A DNA stretch of 35,759 nucleotides from Gammaproteobacteria bacterium (GCA_029881425.1 JAOUMO010000002.1:1-35759), one strand, 5' to 3'. Shown: positions 10,127 through 19,257, counted from the stretch's first letter. The notes: generated by a model not told the origin, from the letters alone. A program made the numbers and translations.

Positions 10127-11041
10127 ATGGATGACAATAACTACCAGGTTATCATCACCAACAGTATCGGCACTGACCAGGATACAGAGACAGTCATCGC
10201 CAAGCTTGCAGCGCTGTTCAAAATTGATACTGCAAAAGCAGCCAGAATCATGCAGCAAAGTCGCACGGTTATTAAAGATAACCTCGATGAAGCCACTGCA
10301 AAAAAATACTGCCTGGCGATCCAGAAAACCGGTGCCCATTGTGAATTAATCGATAAGTCAGCCGAGCCACTACCTGAACTGTCCATACCCGATCAGCCGC
10401 GCCCTGATATTGAACCCAAACCCTTTATACAAACCGCCCGGAAATCAGCAGACAAACAGCAATCCCTCAGCCTCGAGGCAAGGGATGAGCAAAGCCTGAA
10501 AAATCTGGACCAGTTTACAGCGCAGGGTTTTTGCGCCGAATGCGGCACCATTAAAGAGTCTGCTGACTCGATTTGTATTCACTGTGGTCTTAGAGATGAC
10601 CTGGCCAATCAAACAAAGACAACCATCAAAAAAGCCCTGCTGGCATCGGTAGCTGCAGCGGTATTATTCGTCATATTAGGTTTTGCATTAAAACCGTTTT
10701 ACCTGCAATACACACAAAAGACAAAAATACAGGACGGCCTGCAACTGGCGATTGAAACAAGAAACAGGGTGACGACATTTATCCTCGACACAAACTTCTG
10801 GCCCAACCAGAATATCGATGCCGGGCTGCCAAAATCAATCCAGAATGAGATTATTGAATCGATTAAGGTAAGCGAAAATGCCGTTATCACCGTCATCATC
10901 AGGGCAGAGGCCCTGGGCTCCAGCCAGTCTCAGGACCTCATTTTTACCCCAAGGCTCTTCAAGGATAAAATAACCTGGAACTGCCTTAAGGGCAGCCTAA
11001 GCAATAAATTCAGGCCTGATGCCTGCAAGGTGCCTGAATAA
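10127..11041 (+). CDS. Chimeric membrane protein: L7/L12-CTD-like N-domain, CxxC-x11-CxxC zinc ribbon, one TM helix, and a type IV pilin-like periplasmic domain
   Basis: 304 aa. The C-terminal half (PFYLQYTQKTKIQDGLQLA...FWPNQNIDAGLP...ITWNC...RPDAC) follows the type IVa pilin pattern. There is no G/FTLIE prepilin cleavage motif. Confidence 0.7.
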   Translation: MDDNNYQVIITNSIGTDQDTETVIAKLAALFKIDTAKAARIMQQSRTVIKDNLDEATAKKYCLAIQKTGAHCELIDKSAEPLPELSIPDQPRPDIEPKPFIQTARKSADKQQSLSLEARDEQSLKNLDQFTAQGFCAECGTIKESADSICIHCGLRDDLANQTKTTIKKALLASVAAAVLFVILGFALKPFYLQYTQKTKIQDGLQLAIETRNRVTTFILDTNFWPNQNIDAGLPKSIQNEIIESIKVSENAVITVIIRAEALGSSQSQDLIFTPRLFKDKITWNCLKGSLSNKFRPDACKVPE

Positions 11042-11248
11042 GGCTGCTGAACAACACACGATCCGTTTTTTATAGTATCTATTGCCATTCACAATGAACC
11101 AATTAAACATATAGTCATCTTAATACTGTATTTTTTATTGTCATAAATGAGATACTTACGAAAATATACCACTAAACCGGCTGCACCCTATCAACGACTA
11201 CATGCATAATATTGCCGGCCAACAGATTATCGAAATCAACACGTAATT

Positions 11249-12919
11249 ATGTACCAGAAATTTAAAGCAACACTCCAGGCGATCCATAACAGAAGCAACT
11301 TCAACATAAGCCCATTCCTGCTGGGCCTGGTTTCATCGATCCTGCTGATACTGCTTTACAATAACAGCCTGTGGCGTGCAATCCTGGAACGCCAGGATAG
11401 CCTGAACATAGAAAACGCACTCTTCATCACATCTTTGTTTATTACCCTGGTCCTGCTGACCAAGCTTATAATTTCTATTGTCAGCATTCGTTATCTCTTC
11501 AAACCCATGCTGATTATTTTATTTATCGCATCATCCCTGGCATCCTATTTTATGGATAGCTACGGAATAATGATCGAACAGACTATGCTTGAGAATGTAC
11601 TGGCTACGGACATGTCTGAGTCACTTGAGTTATTTAATTCCAGCCTGTTTTTTAGCTTTATTATTTATGGTTTACTACCATCCTATCTAATTTATCGATG
11701 CACAATAAATTACAAACCAGTAATCAGGGAAACACTAACCCGAATCGGCATTATCAGCATTACCGCCTTACTTTTATTCGGTAATATTTTTTTACTCTAC
11801 CCCGAATACAGCTCCTTTACGCGTGAGCACAAGGTGCTACGCTTTCTCGTAAACCCGATCAATTACCTATGGGCAGTTGGTCTCTCATCCGTTAACCAGC
11901 TATCGAATGCCATGCCTCAGCAGCTAACAGCCATTGGTAGTGATGCCACACTGACAAAGTCCTGGCAGCAACGTGGCAAAAAATCTCTCAGTATCCTCGT
12001 CATAGGTGAAACGGCTCGTGCAGAAAACTTCTCGCTTTATAATTACGCACGAAAAACCAATCCCGAGCTGGCAAAAAAAGACATCATTATATTTAATAAT
12101 GTATTTTCATGCGGCACCACGACAGAAGTATCCTTACCCTGTATTTTTTCTCACCATGAACGCCAGGGCTTTAAAACTTCGAGCGCAAAGTACAATGAAA
12201 ACTTGCTGGATATAATCAAAAGATCGGGCATATCCGTACTATGGCGTGAAAATAATTCAGGGTGCAAGGGCATATGCGATCGCATCGATACCAGTTACAC
12301 GGCCCATCAAAAAAATATTCCATTTTGTAATGATAGAGAATGCTTCGATGAAGCCCTGCTACATGACATCGACAACTATATCCAGCAACAAGATGGTGAT
12401 ATATTTCTCGTATTCCACCAGAAAGGCAGTCACGGCCCTGCATATCACCTGAGATACCCTGAAAAATTTGAGCGCTTCACCCCTGTCTGCCGCTCTAACC
12501 AGCTACAGGACTGCACGCGCGAACAGGTGGTTAATGCCTATGACAACACAATCTTATATACCGACTTTTTCCTGTCAAAGGTGATAGATTTTCTAAAAGA
12601 TCGATCACAGGAGTTCGACACATCTATGATTTATGTTTCCGATCACGGCGAGTCACTGGGTGAACAGAATTTCTACCTGCATGGCCTGCCCTATACCTTT
12701 GCACCTGACACGCAAAAACACGTACCCATGATGATGTGGTTTTCAGAGGGCTTCGAAAGGAGCTACGGCATCCAGCGCTCGTGCATCGACAACAAACGCG
12801 ACGGCGCCTATTCCCACGACAATATTTTCCATTCCGTACTGGGCATGCTGGGCATTACGACAAGTGCATTAAATAAAGAACTTGATATATTCAGTGACTG
12901 TAAGACGGAAAATCCTTAA
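11249..12919 (+). CDS. eptA: Lipid A phosphoethanolamine transferase (EptA/MCR family)
   Basis: 556 aa with five N-terminal TM helices. The sulfatase-fold domain carries VIGETARA (catalytic Thr), HQKGSHGPAY, FTPVC and YVSDHGESLGE, collinear with EptA/MCR-1. Confidence 0.85.
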   Translation: MYQKFKATLQAIHNRSNFNISPFLLGLVSSILLILLYNNSLWRAILERQDSLNIENALFITSLFITLVLLTKLIISIVSIRYLFKPMLIILFIASSLASYFMDSYGIMIEQTMLENVLATDMSESLELFNSSLFFSFIIYGLLPSYLIYRCTINYKPVIRETLTRIGIISITALLLFGNIFLLYPEYSSFTREHKVLRFLVNPINYLWAVGLSSVNQLSNAMPQQLTAIGSDATLTKSWQQRGKKSLSILVIGETARAENFSLYNYARKTNPELAKKDIIIFNNVFSCGTTTEVSLPCIFSHHERQGFKTSSAKYNENLLDIIKRSGISVLWRENNSGCKGICDRIDTSYTAHQKNIPFCNDRECFDEALLHDIDNYIQQQDGDIFLVFHQKGSHGPAYHLRYPEKFERFTPVCRSNQLQDCTREQVVNAYDNTILYTDFFLSKVIDFLKDRSQEFDTSMIYVSDHGESLGEQNFYLHGLPYTFAPDTQKHVPMMMWFSEGFERSYGIQRSCIDNKRDGAYSHDNIFHSVLGMLGITTSALNKELDIFSDCKTENP

Positions 12920-12941
12920 CCATTGTTTATCTGGTGTAAAT

Positions 12942-13120
12942 AAAAACGCAAATGAACGCGAATATGCGCCAATAAAAAATCAATGAATTACTTATCGCCC
13001 TGAACGAAACCGAAGAATCATTCTACACGGACATTTAAAACACTTTGAGCTCGACCGAATAATCCATAAATAATGAACATCCATTTGTCATTTACATTGT
13101 TTGCGTTTATTTGCGATTTC
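12942..13120. repeat. MITE-like inverted-repeat element (core CGCAAAT(G/A)AAC), copy 1
   Basis: Left arm aaaaacgcaaatgaacgcgaatat versus the reverse complement of ttgtttgcgtttatttgcgatttc matches at 18/24. Both termini are shared with the 25003-25196 locus (14/14 and 11/11 nt identical). Confidence 0.5.
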
Positions 13121-13188
13121 TGTTGATTTCCATAATCAAAAACAACCGCTCCTGGCTAGTCGAGGCCACCGACAACTAAAATTTGTCA

Positions 13189-13219
13189 AAAAAAAACAGG
13201 CTATAAAAGCCTGCTTTTT
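13189..13219. terminator. Putative bidirectional terminator downstream of rho
   Basis: A9 run, then caggc-tataaaa-gcctg stem-loop, then cttttt. The stem is short. Confidence 0.45.
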
Positions 13220-13242
13220 CGAGTTCATCCAGGTTTGAAAAA

Positions 13243-14502
13243 CTAACCGCGCTTCATCAAATCAAAGAAATCGTCATTGGTCTTGGTGGGCAGTAATTTT
13301 TCCAGCATAAATTCAATTGCACCCAGCTCGTCCATGGGATGTAATATTTTACGCAACACCCACATCATCTGTAATTCATCGGGCTTGGTAAGCAATTCTT
13401 CACGACGTGTACCTGAACGATTGATATTAATCGCCGGATAAATACGTTTTTCAGCGATACGGCGATCCAGGTGGATTTCCATATTACCGGTACCCTTGAA
13501 TTCTTCGTAGATAACTTCATCCATCTTTGAACCCGTATCGACCAGTGCTGTTGCCAGGATGGTGATACTGCCGCCCTCTTCGATATTACGTGCCGCACCG
13601 AAGAAACGCTTGGGGCGGTGTAATGCATGCGCATCGACACCACCGGTTAATACTTTTCCGGATGAGGGAATAACCGTGTTATAGGCACGTGCCAGGCGGG
13701 TAATCGAATCCAGCAGGATCACCACATCTTTTTTATGCTCTACCAGGCGCTTGGCCTTTTCGATAACCATTTCAGCAACCTGGACATGACGACTGGCGGG
13801 CTCATCAAAGGTACTTGAAACCACTTCGCCACGGACCATACGCTGCATTTCGGTAACTTCTTCAGGGCGCTCATCTATCAGCAGTACGATCAGGTAGGCA
13901 TCCGGGTGATTATGTGAAATGGACTGCGCGAGATTACTCAACATCATCGTCTTACCCGCCTTAGGCGGTGACACGATCAGGCCACGCTGACCCTTACCAA
14001 GGGGGGCAACCAGATCGATAATACGTGCGGTGATATCCTCGGTGCTACCATTACCTCGTTCCAGGTTTAAACGATCGTTTGGATGCAATGGCGTCAGGTT
14101 TTCAAAGGCTATCTTGTTACGTGCATCTTCGGGGGCGTCGAAATTAATCGTATCCACCTTGAGCATGGCAAAATAACGTTCACCGTCTTTTGGTGGCCTG
14201 ATTTTGCCGGAAATCGTATCGCCGGTCCTTAAGCCAAAACGCCGGATCTGGCTGGGTGATACATAAATATCATCCGGACCTGCCAGATAGGAACTATCTG
14301 CCGAGCGTAGGAAGCCAAAGCCATCCTGGAGAATTTCCAGCACGCCATCACCAAATATATCTTCGCCGTTTTTGGCGTGGGATTTAAGTATGGCGAATAT
14401 AATGTCTTGTTTTTTTGCCCTGGATAAATTTTCCAGTTTCATGGATTGGGCGATTTCAACCAGCTCAGCTGGTGATTGGGTCTTAAGTTCGGTCAGATTC
14501 AT
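13243..14502 (-). CDS. rho: Transcription termination factor Rho
   Basis: 419 aa, MNLTELK...GFGFLR...RFGLRTGD...PPKAGKT (Walker A). Full-length collinearity with Rho. Confidence 0.97.
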   Translation of the reverse strand: MNLTELKTQSPAELVEIAQSMKLENLSRAKKQDIIFAILKSHAKNGEDIFGDGVLEILQDGFGFLRSADSSYLAGPDDIYVSPSQIRRFGLRTGDTISGKIRPPKDGERYFAMLKVDTINFDAPEDARNKIAFENLTPLHPNDRLNLERGNGSTEDITARIIDLVAPLGKGQRGLIVSPPKAGKTMMLSNLAQSISHNHPDAYLIVLLIDERPEEVTEMQRMVRGEVVSSTFDEPASRHVQVAEMVIEKAKRLVEHKKDVVILLDSITRLARAYNTVIPSSGKVLTGGVDAHALHRPKRFFGAARNIEEGGSITILATALVDTGSKMDEVIYEEFKGTGNMEIHLDRRIAEKRIYPAININRSGTRREELLTKPDELQMMWVLRKILHPMDELGAIEFMLEKLLPTKTNDDFFDLMKRG

Positions 14503-14702
14503 AACAGAATAGTTTTTTTGGATGGATTAATGTTAAACAGAAAGGGTTATTTGTAACTTATTATATTGCTTGTATCGGCCTGGAATTGGCCTGATGTTAA
14601 TGATCGCAGGGTATTGCCGGTGTGGCGAGTGCTGCTAACGATAGAGGGACTCTAGCATGTTTATAGCAGGCCGTCCAGTTTTATGGACGACCCGCAACAA
14701 GA
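14503..14702 (-). promoter_or_regulatory. rho leader region (C-rich, G-poor on the transcribed strand)
   Basis: 200-nt untranslated gap between trxA and rho. The plus strand is conspicuously G-rich and C-poor, so the transcript is rut-like, consistent with Rho autoregulatory attenuation. Confidence 0.4.
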
Positions 14703-15026
14703 CTAAAGATTACTGTCCAGGAAAGCCGTCAGTTGTGACTTGGATAGGGCGCCTACCTTAGTCGCTTCAACCTCACCACCCTTAAATAGCATTAATGTAG
14801 GGATACCACGAATGCCAAATTTTGGAGGCGTACCTGGATTTTCATCAATGTTCAGCTTGGTGATTTTAACTTTACCGTCATACTCGCTGGCAATTTCTTC
14901 CAGGATAGGTGCAATCATTTTGCAGGGACCGCACCAGTCTGCCCAGTAATCAACCAGCACCGGTACATCAGAACCCAGTACATCACTTTCAAAACTGTCA
15001 TCGGATACATGAACAATATCACTCAC
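14703..15026 (-). CDS. trxA: Thioredoxin 1
   Basis: 107 aa with the WCGPCK active site. Near-identical blocks to E. coli TrxA. SD ggaggc lies upstream. Confidence 0.95.
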   Translation of the reverse strand: MSDIVHVSDDSFESDVLGSDVPVLVDYWADWCGPCKMIAPILEEIASEYDGKVKITKLNIDENPGTPPKFGIRGIPTLMLFKGGEVEATKVGALSKSQLTAFLDSNL

Positions 15027-15208
15027 GTGTTAGCCTCCAGAGTAGCTCGTTAACCCACCGAACCATTATAAATACCATTTGTATTGCTTAAACAGACATT
15101 CGGCATGGAAAACAGGGCGGGATTTTTTATTTAAAATTGTACAGGCCAATATATTAACTAATTTCCAGCATTTGTACAGCATCGCATAGTGCTTTATGCT
15201 TAACCACT

Positions 15209-16525
15209 ATGAGCACACATCTAACTGATAAACGATTCGATCAATATGACCTGCCTGAAACCTTGTTACAGGGGCTTAAACAGGCCGGCTTTGAGCAATG
15301 TACACCGATCCAGGCCGAAACCATGGCACTGTCGCTGGCCGGGCAGGATATGGCGGGGCAGGCCCAGACCGGCACCGGTAAAACCATAGCCTTCCTGATA
15401 GCGGTATATAACAGGCTTCTCACCGAGCCGCCAATGGAGGGCCGCAAGGCCAACCAGCCCAGGGCACTCATCCTCGCACCGACACGTGAACTGGCGATAC
15501 AGATCCATAAAGATGCCGAGCTGATTGGCCGCTCTACTGGCCTCAAACTGGGCCTGGTATACGGTGGAACCGGCTATGACCAGCAACGCAACCAGCTCAC
15601 CGAAGGCGTAGACATACTCATCGGCACACCGGGCAGGCTAATCGATTTCTTCAAACAGCATATTTACAACCTGAAAGCGGTGCAGTCGCTGGTGCTGGAT
15701 GAAGCCGACCGCATGCTCGATCTGGGTTTCATCAAAGACATACGTTATCTCATCAGGGCCTGCCCTGAAGCCGGAAAACGCCACAGCATGTTATTCTCTG
15801 CCACCCTCTCCTACCGAGTGCAGGAACTCGCCTACGAGCAGATGAACAACCCAAGCCATGTCATGATCGAGTCAGAAAAACGTACCGCTGACAAGATTGA
15901 AGAGAAGGTCTATTACCCGGCCAATGATGAAAAAATCCCCTTATTGCTCGGCCTGTTCCAGCGCGAGCAGCCGCAACGCAGTATTATTTTCGTCAATACC
16001 AAACGTGCCGCCGAGACCATTTATGCCTGGCTCACCGGCAATGACTACCCCTCGGCACTGCTCTCCGGCGATATCCCGCAGAAAAAACGCCAGAGCCTGC
16101 TAAAAAGCTTCCAGGATGGTGAATTCAATATCCTCGTTGCAACTGATGTGGCTGCACGTGGCCTGCATATTCCGGAAGTAAGCCATGTCTTTAATTTTGA
16201 TCTGCCACAGCTTGCGGAGGACTATGTACACCGTATCGGTCGTACCGCCCGTGCCGGTGCCAGTGGCCATGCACTCAGTTTTGCCTGTGAGGACTCGGCC
16301 CATATGCTGCCGGAAATTGAGGCCTATATCGGCCACAGTATTCCCAATGAGTCAGTCAGTAGTGAATTGCTCATCACACCAAAACCGCGCGCAAAAATCG
16401 AACGCTATAAGTCACCCCGGCATAACAGTGGTGGCCGTTCTTCATCCGGTTCTTCTTCACGACCGCAGCGTCGACACTCCGGCAACCGACAGGGGAAGAA
16501 ACCGGCATCAACCAATAACACTTAA
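15209..16525 (+). CDS. rhlB: ATP-dependent RNA helicase RhlB (DEAD-box)
   Basis: AQTGTGKT, DEAD, SAT and HRIGRTAR motifs with an Arg/Ser-rich tail. The N-terminus aligns with E. coli RhlB, and the gene is divergent from trxA-rho as in E. coli. Confidence 0.9.
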   Translation: MSTHLTDKRFDQYDLPETLLQGLKQAGFEQCTPIQAETMALSLAGQDMAGQAQTGTGKTIAFLIAVYNRLLTEPPMEGRKANQPRALILAPTRELAIQIHKDAELIGRSTGLKLGLVYGGTGYDQQRNQLTEGVDILIGTPGRLIDFFKQHIYNLKAVQSLVLDEADRMLDLGFIKDIRYLIRACPEAGKRHSMLFSATLSYRVQELAYEQMNNPSHVMIESEKRTADKIEEKVYYPANDEKIPLLLGLFQREQPQRSIIFVNTKRAAETIYAWLTGNDYPSALLSGDIPQKKRQSLLKSFQDGEFNILVATDVAARGLHIPEVSHVFNFDLPQLAEDYVHRIGRTARAGASGHALSFACEDSAHMLPEIEAYIGHSIPNESVSSELLITPKPRAKIERYKSPRHNSGGRSSSGSSSRPQRRHSGNRQGKKPASTNNT

Positions 16526-17325
16526 TGCCCGGACTGGATAGTTACCTGCTGATCTACCTGGCAGTAGGTGCCATTGCAGGCCTATCTGCCGGCCTGCTGG
16601 GGATAGGTGGTGGCCTCGTTATCGTGCCAGCGCTCGCCATTGTTTTTCAGCACCAGGGCATACCCCCTGGTATCATCATGCCCCTCGCCCTGGGCACATC
16701 ACTATCAACCATTGTTTTTACCTCCATCGCATCCATACGTAGCCACCAGCAACACCGGGCCATTATCTGGCCCCTGGTCAGGCAATTAACCCCGGGGATT
16801 TTACTCGGGGCATGGCTCGGTAGCTGGCTGGCGGTACAAATTGATAACAATGGACTGAAACTCCTGTTTGCCCTGTTTGAGATCGGCGTTGCGCTACACC
16901 TGCTGCTAGACAAACAGCCACATGGCCATAGCCCACTGCCAGGCAGGCTCACCACCAGCCTGGCCGGTGGCATTATCGGCGGACTGTCCTCCCTGCTGGG
17001 CATAGGTGGTGGTACCCTGACCGTGCCCTTTCTCAGCTGGCACAAGGTGCTATTACGTAAAGCCATTGCCAGTTCTGCGGCCTGTGGCCTGCCCATCGCC
17101 CTCTCGGGGGCACTGGGTTATATCGCTAATGGCTGGGATATACCTGAGCTACCCGAAAGTAGTTTCGGTTATCTTCACCTGCCTGCCTTTATCGGCATTA
17201 TCTGCAGCAGCATGTTACTTGCCCCTGTCGGCGCAGGACTGACACACAAGCTGCCGGTACAACACCTCAAAAAACTTTTTGCCGCCTGCCTCATAATTAT
17301 TGCTATAAGGCTATTACTTTCCTAG
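16525..17325 (+). CDS. TauE/SafE (DUF81) family anion/sulfite exporter-like membrane protein
   Basis: 266 aa, polytopic, with duplicated G-rich GIGGG segments. The ATG overlaps the rhlB TAA by one nt (TAATG). Confidence 0.85.
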   Translation: MPGLDSYLLIYLAVGAIAGLSAGLLGIGGGLVIVPALAIVFQHQGIPPGIIMPLALGTSLSTIVFTSIASIRSHQQHRAIIWPLVRQLTPGILLGAWLGSWLAVQIDNNGLKLLFALFEIGVALHLLLDKQPHGHSPLPGRLTTSLAGGIIGGLSSLLGIGGGTLTVPFLSWHKVLLRKAIASSAACGLPIALSGALGYIANGWDIPELPESSFGYLHLPAFIGIICSSMLLAPVGAGLTHKLPVQHLKKLFAACLIIIAIRLLLS

Positions 17326-17330
17326 CAAAA

Positions 17331-17344
17331 CCGATATTTATCAA
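17331..17344. promoter_or_regulatory. FNR-like box CCGAT-ATTT-ATCAA (8/10 to consensus)
   Basis: Lies in the 100-nt gap between the TauE gene and the cytochrome cassette. A TAATTT -10-like hexamer sits about 30 nt downstream. Confidence 0.3.
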
Positions 17345-17427
17345 ACTTGCAAACACCCTTTCTTGTGGGAAGTAATTTTGTATGCTATTTACTTTTATTA
17401 ACAGTCAATAATCATGACCTGCCAAAT

Positions 17428-17943
17428 ATGTATAGCGGAATTATTACCAGAATATCTCTGTCCATTTGCCTGATAACAGCATTCGTATTGCTGATCATGC
17501 TCTCTATTGTATTTGTGAATACTAATGGCAACTATACCGACTTCATCCAGTCACAGGCTATTACCCAAAAGAATTTGCAATTTGCAATAATTATTGCCAG
17601 TCTCGTATTGATATCGGCAACGGCTCTACTTAGCTGGCTTATCAGCTTATACAGCAGCTTCCGTATCGCCGGCCCCCTGTACCGCTTCACCCATAACCTT
17701 AGGCATTTTTCTAATACAAAAAAAATAATACCTATTCGTAGTCATGATCAGCTACAGGTACTATCACAAAAAATCATTCATGCCGCAGAAAAAATTGATA
17801 GCCATAAAGAGTCCCTGTTAAACCATATTGATGCTTGCCAACAATTACTAAATGATCACGATAACCCACAGAAACAACAACAACTTGCTGAACTACTGCT
17901 ACAACTAAAGCAACTTGATACCAAGATCAAACTCAATGAATAA
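17428..17943 (+). CDS. Two-TM membrane protein with a HAMP-like domain and no output domain
   Basis: Two hydrophobic helices, then RIAGPLYRF...IPIRSHDQLQVLSQKI (HAMP AS1/AS2-like), then a coiled-coil tail. The start is uncertain: the track begins at TTG 17347, and the first ATG is at 17428. The stop overlaps the next start (ATGAATAA). Confidence 0.6.
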   Translation: MYSGIITRISLSICLITAFVLLIMLSIVFVNTNGNYTDFIQSQAITQKNLQFAIIIASLVLISATALLSWLISLYSSFRIAGPLYRFTHNLRHFSNTKKIIPIRSHDQLQVLSQKIIHAAEKIDSHKESLLNHIDACQQLLNDHDNPQKQQQLAELLLQLKQLDTKIKLNE

Positions 17944-18715
17944 GTTCATCTATTTCATCCTGGTGAGTTTATTTTTTATTACTGGCATGGAAATCATTAT
18001 TGCCGAAATTAATACCGATAACTTCCACCCCAAAGACACCGACTGCCAGCAGTGCCACCTGGCAAGAGGCGAGATCACAGCAGGAAACGCTACACAATTA
18101 TTATCGACACAGGAAAAACTATGTGCACGATGCCATGAGAGCGCCCTGAAGGTTAGCCATCCTAGCGGATTCAATCCTGGCCGTGACATACCCGGCGATT
18201 TCCCGCTGGACTGGAAAAATGAAATTACCTGTAGCACCTGCCACAATGTCCATACAGGGAAACACTCTTCGATCCGTGGCGGCATAAGCGGCAAAGAACT
18301 GTGCCTGAGTTGTCACGATATGTCCTTTTTCAGGGCGATGGCTGATAGCGGCCTGTCAATCCAGCAAAACGCACACATGGGAAAAACCACAAATACACTT
18401 TCTGCTATTGATAACTACTCGATGGAATGTATGAGCTGTCACGCAAACCAGGGCGACACGGTTGATATTTCAATAAATAGCAGGGGCATAGTAAAACACG
18501 CCAGCGGTGCCGTTAATCACCCTGTAGGCATGATTTACGCCAATGCATATAACAAGGGTGGATACCGTGCAATGTCCGAAATATCTGACAATGTCATCTT
18601 GCCAGATGGCAAGGTAAGCTGCCTGTCATGCCATAAGGCCTACACCAAAAAACACGGTGCGACGCTAAATAAAACAACCAGGACATCCCTGTGTTTTGAA
18701 TGCCATGACATGTAA
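17936..18715 (+). CDS. Periplasmic heptahaem c-type cytochrome
   Basis: Signal peptide MNKFIYFILVSLFFITG. Seven CXXCH motifs (CQQCH, CARCH, CSTCH, CLSCH, CMSCH, CLSCH, CFECH) in about 259 aa, plus two HPxG motifs. Confidence 0.85.
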   Translation: MNKFIYFILVSLFFITGMEIIIAEINTDNFHPKDTDCQQCHLARGEITAGNATQLLSTQEKLCARCHESALKVSHPSGFNPGRDIPGDFPLDWKNEITCSTCHNVHTGKHSSIRGGISGKELCLSCHDMSFFRAMADSGLSIQQNAHMGKTTNTLSAIDNYSMECMSCHANQGDTVDISINSRGIVKHASGAVNHPVGMIYANAYNKGGYRAMSEISDNVILPDGKVSCLSCHKAYTKKHGATLNKTTRTSLCFECHDM

Positions 18716-18735
18716 CTGAAAATGGAAATAAACTA

Positions 18736-19254
18736 ATGACCACAAACAAGAGACACATACACTACATCAATCCAGATATTCAAAATCGGCTGATTATCAG
18801 CTTTGTTATTTTTGAGCTGTTATTAATCAGCATCACGGTATTCATACTTTATACGGATATGAGCCAGATCATCGAAGACAACATGTTCAGGAGCCATATT
18901 AAAGAACCATTGAATATTGAATTCTTTAGTATTCGATTATTACAGGCTGTTGCCATATTACTGGTTATTAACCTTATCGCGGCTTCCTTTATCGTGTGGC
19001 GCTGGCGCAGTTACATAAATAATATCACTCGCCCCCTTGAAACCATTATTGATTCGATCAATCAACTGGATTTTAGCATTGATGCTGAAACTGAAAAAAA
19101 TCATGAGACACTGGTGCTGGCGGAAAGCTGGCTAAATACAGAAAAGGAAAGATTCACCAAAATCAGGCAACTTATAGCCGAGATGGACATTAATAATCCA
19201 TCGCATATGATCGAAAAATTAAATATTTCGCAACAATTTATTAAAGAGAAATAA
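18736..19254 (+). CDS. Two-TM membrane protein with a HAMP-like domain and no output domain (paralogous architecture to 17428-17943)
   Basis: 172 aa with two TM helices, NITRPLETI...EKNHETLVLAESWLN, and a short helical tail. Lies 20 nt after the cytochrome gene. Confidence 0.6.
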   Translation: MTTNKRHIHYINPDIQNRLIISFVIFELLLISITVFILYTDMSQIIEDNMFRSHIKEPLNIEFFSIRLLQAVAILLVINLIAASFIVWRWRSYINNITRPLETIIDSINQLDFSIDAETEKNHETLVLAESWLNTEKERFTKIRQLIAEMDINNPSHMIEKLNISQQFIKEK

Positions 19255-19257
19255 CCA

